Shown: positions 61,421-64,000 of the stretch, piece by piece
Layout of the letters: every line of letters starts with the position of its first letter
How positions within the stretch are numbered: the first letter of the stretch is position 1
Assembly (NCBI GenBank): GCA_030390025.1
Contig: CM059432.1
Span: forward strand, 33,792,001-33,856,000
Length of the DNA: 64,000 nucleotides
Origin: Squalus acanthias
Lineage: Eukaryota
Direction of reading: 5' to 3'
Notes under the pieces: model-generated
The model's input: the letters and a program-made list of their open reading frames with translations, nothing else
Database searches by the model: none
Told to the model about the DNA's origin: nothing
Program-made: the position numbers and the translations under genes

Positions 61421-63565
61421 TGGAATAGTCTAGAATGGCCTTTTCCCATTCCACGTTCCTGCATGTTCTCACATACAAAGCTCTTTGATTCTCTTTTTTG
61501 TCCCCCTTCTACTTGGAACAAGTGACCTCTAGGCCCACTCAGCAGGATATGAGATAACTGTTGCTCAATATATATACAGAACTTTAAAAAAAATCATTAC
61601 ACTTAAAATAAATATACAAGATTTCACTGAATTGTCGATTAAACAAACATCAAAAGTGACTCTTCGCTGAGGTAACAGCGTGTTTGATCATGAAACGCTC
61701 TGTTTAATATGAAGCTTCCAGTGTTTATCTAATCCTCGGGCTGAAGCTTTTCGGTCAGTGCCTTGTCCCTGAGAGCTGTGTCTCTGCACTTCTTTAAACG
61801 CTCTGCTATCAGCTCTGAGTGTAAGGCTCTGCATCTATGGCTTTTAGTTTCGACCCGGCTGAGTTGCAGTGTTGTGCCAACACATCTCTAGAAACACCAA
61901 GCACTTCAGAAAATCTTCAACTTAAATTGAAAGAGAAAAAGAAAACGCACTTCACCCGATTCTGCTGATCGGGAGACTACAGGGCACAAGCCGGGCAGAG
62001 GGAGGGGGGTGGGAACAGTTAAAATGCCAGAGTAACAGTTAAGATTCAGCGAGTAATTCTCCCGCTCCATCCCCGATCTGTTACGATGGGTAATCTCTCT
62101 ATCCCCTGATCTGAGAATGAATCTGAAAATTCCTCTTGAATCCCTGCTCTGTACTGGTAGTAAAGAAAGAAAGACTTGCATTTATATAATGCCTTTCACG
62201 ATCTCACGTTCCAAAGCGCTTTACAGCCAATCAAGTATTTTTGAAATGTAGTCACTGTTGCAACTGGCTTCAGTCTCTCCTGGACTTGTTATTACATTCA
62301 ACAACAGCAGCAAGAGCAACAGCAACAACTTGCATTTATTTAGTAGCTTTAACATCGAAAAATGTGCCAAAGCATTTCACAGCGGCGTAATTAGAAGTAA
62401 ACAGACGTCGTTTCAAAGAAGGAAACACTAGGAGGGGTGACCAAAAACCTAATCAAAGAGCTGCGTTTTAAGGAAGGTCTTACAGGAGGAGAGGCAGAGG
62501 GGGTTGGGATGGAATTCCAGAGCCTGGGGTCTGGCTTAAGACTCGGCTGCCATTGGTGGGGTCAAGGGAAGATAGGGATGCAAAAAAAGCCAGAATCAGA
62601 GGAATGGAGAGTCGGAGGGAGGGTGGGGGGCGGTGTAGTTCGCATAAAAATATCAGCAAGGGTTCCTACTCCTGAGACACCTCCTTAAATTGTGCATGGG
62701 TGGATGTTGTTTTATAACATTTTTAAGTAAACATCAAGGCGCTTGGCAGAGGATGGCACCGGAGAGAAGGTGAAGGGATGTGTGAGCGAGACACAGCATG
62801 GGAACTACCAGAGCTGGGTGTCACTGTAGGCCATGCTAGCTCGACTCACCGTCAAATACACTCAGAGAGAGGCCAGGTTATCAAGGTCAGAAGAACCGGC
62901 TGTACATGACAGGTTTGACCTGGAGAGGAAACCAGCCTTGCTCCCTCGGCTCAGGCCTCAGGTTAAAATGGCAGATCGGGCCCTGATGATATAATCGAAG
63001 CCTGATCTGCATGGTTAAAGAGGACCCCGCCGGCTTGGGGTGAGTGTCCTTGCTGCCTGCAATTTAAAATTGCAGTTGGTCTGACCGGGGTGAGAAAGGA
63101 GAGGGTTAAGTCCTGCCGCCCCCAACCTCCCACCAGTCCATTTTAATTGGTGGAAACCAGGCAGGGGGAATTAAAATCGAGGCCTCTGGCTCTCTTTTTA
63201 TACATCTGACACTTTTGAAGTGTGACATCCAAAATGTGGCATTTGACCTGTGATGGACATGTGCTACACAAACTTTTATTCATATACATAGATTAATAAG
63301 AGCTCCCACTGTCCGGTGATTGAGCGTTGGGTTTTCAATCAGGGGATCCTAATTTAAATCTGGGTGGAGTGAGTCAGTACACGGACAGTGAGGGTTCAGT
63401 TCCCTCCATCCCATCTGAGGTATGGTGTTGTAGTGGTTATGTTACTGGACTGGTAATTTTAGAGGCCGAGACTAATAATTCCAGGTGCTGTGAGTTCAAA
63501 TTCAATCATGGCTGTTTGAAAATTTGAATTCAGTTTAAAAAGCTGATTTCAGTAAAAGTGACACT

Positions 63566-64000
63566 GGCCGGAATTTTGCCGGCGCTCAGGGGACGGGTTT
63601 GGAGGCGGAACATCCGGCAAAATCGCAAAGATTGACAGCGGGTCAGAAACCCACTGTCAACCCGCCTCCAAACAATCTTCCCAAGTGTCGGGTCCCCGAT
63701 TTGCGCATGGACCCGACACCTAGCGGCAGGAAGAAGATTATAGGCACTTATCTGCTTGTTAACAGGCAGTTAAGAGGCTTTTTGCAATTTTGACAGGTCT
63801 ACTGCGGGCTTCCCAACGTCCGGACACCATGCCAGGTAAGTGTGGCGTGCTGTGGGTCTGCTGTAATGTTTCTGCATTGATGACAGCTGCATAAGTGGTG
63901 TGAAGGATCCAATGGTACACTGGTGAGTTTCAGAGGTAAGAAAATGTTGGGAAAATCACTTTTAATGCATTTACACTTTTCTGTAAGTGACAAGTTTTGG
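63566..64000. mobile_element. Left end of a Harbinger-type element running off the window
   Basis: Begins GGCCGGAATTTT (same TIR as 53868) followed by cgggtttggaggcgg subterminal motif as in 2435 and 57461. Confidence 0.65.

Overview
Repeat-dominated vertebrate genomic DNA, almost certainly from a shark or other cartilaginous fish (inferred from CR1/HER1-like LINEs, Deu/SacSINE-like and V/HE1-like SINEs); no confident host gene is present. The centrepiece is a young, near-intact endogenous retrovirus on the minus strand (36953-53373, 4-bp TSD GTAA, tRNA-Arg PBS). It has in-frame gag-TGA-CTAG-pol, two RNase H domains and an open 836-codon env with a paramyxovirus-F-like (lokiretrovirus-type) TM region and an apparent Ig-like domain in SU. 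Its 3' UTR carries a complete, apparently intact two-gene PIF/Harbinger DNA transposon (38393-42680), and its 3' LTR lacks a 559-bp block containing the likely promoter. The window also holds a very young Ty3/Gypsy element with identical LTRs and a self-complementary (tRNA-less) primer site, a decayed second Harbinger, several Harbinger-type MITEs, two Penelope-type hammerhead-ribozyme insertions, and many LINE/SINE fragments.
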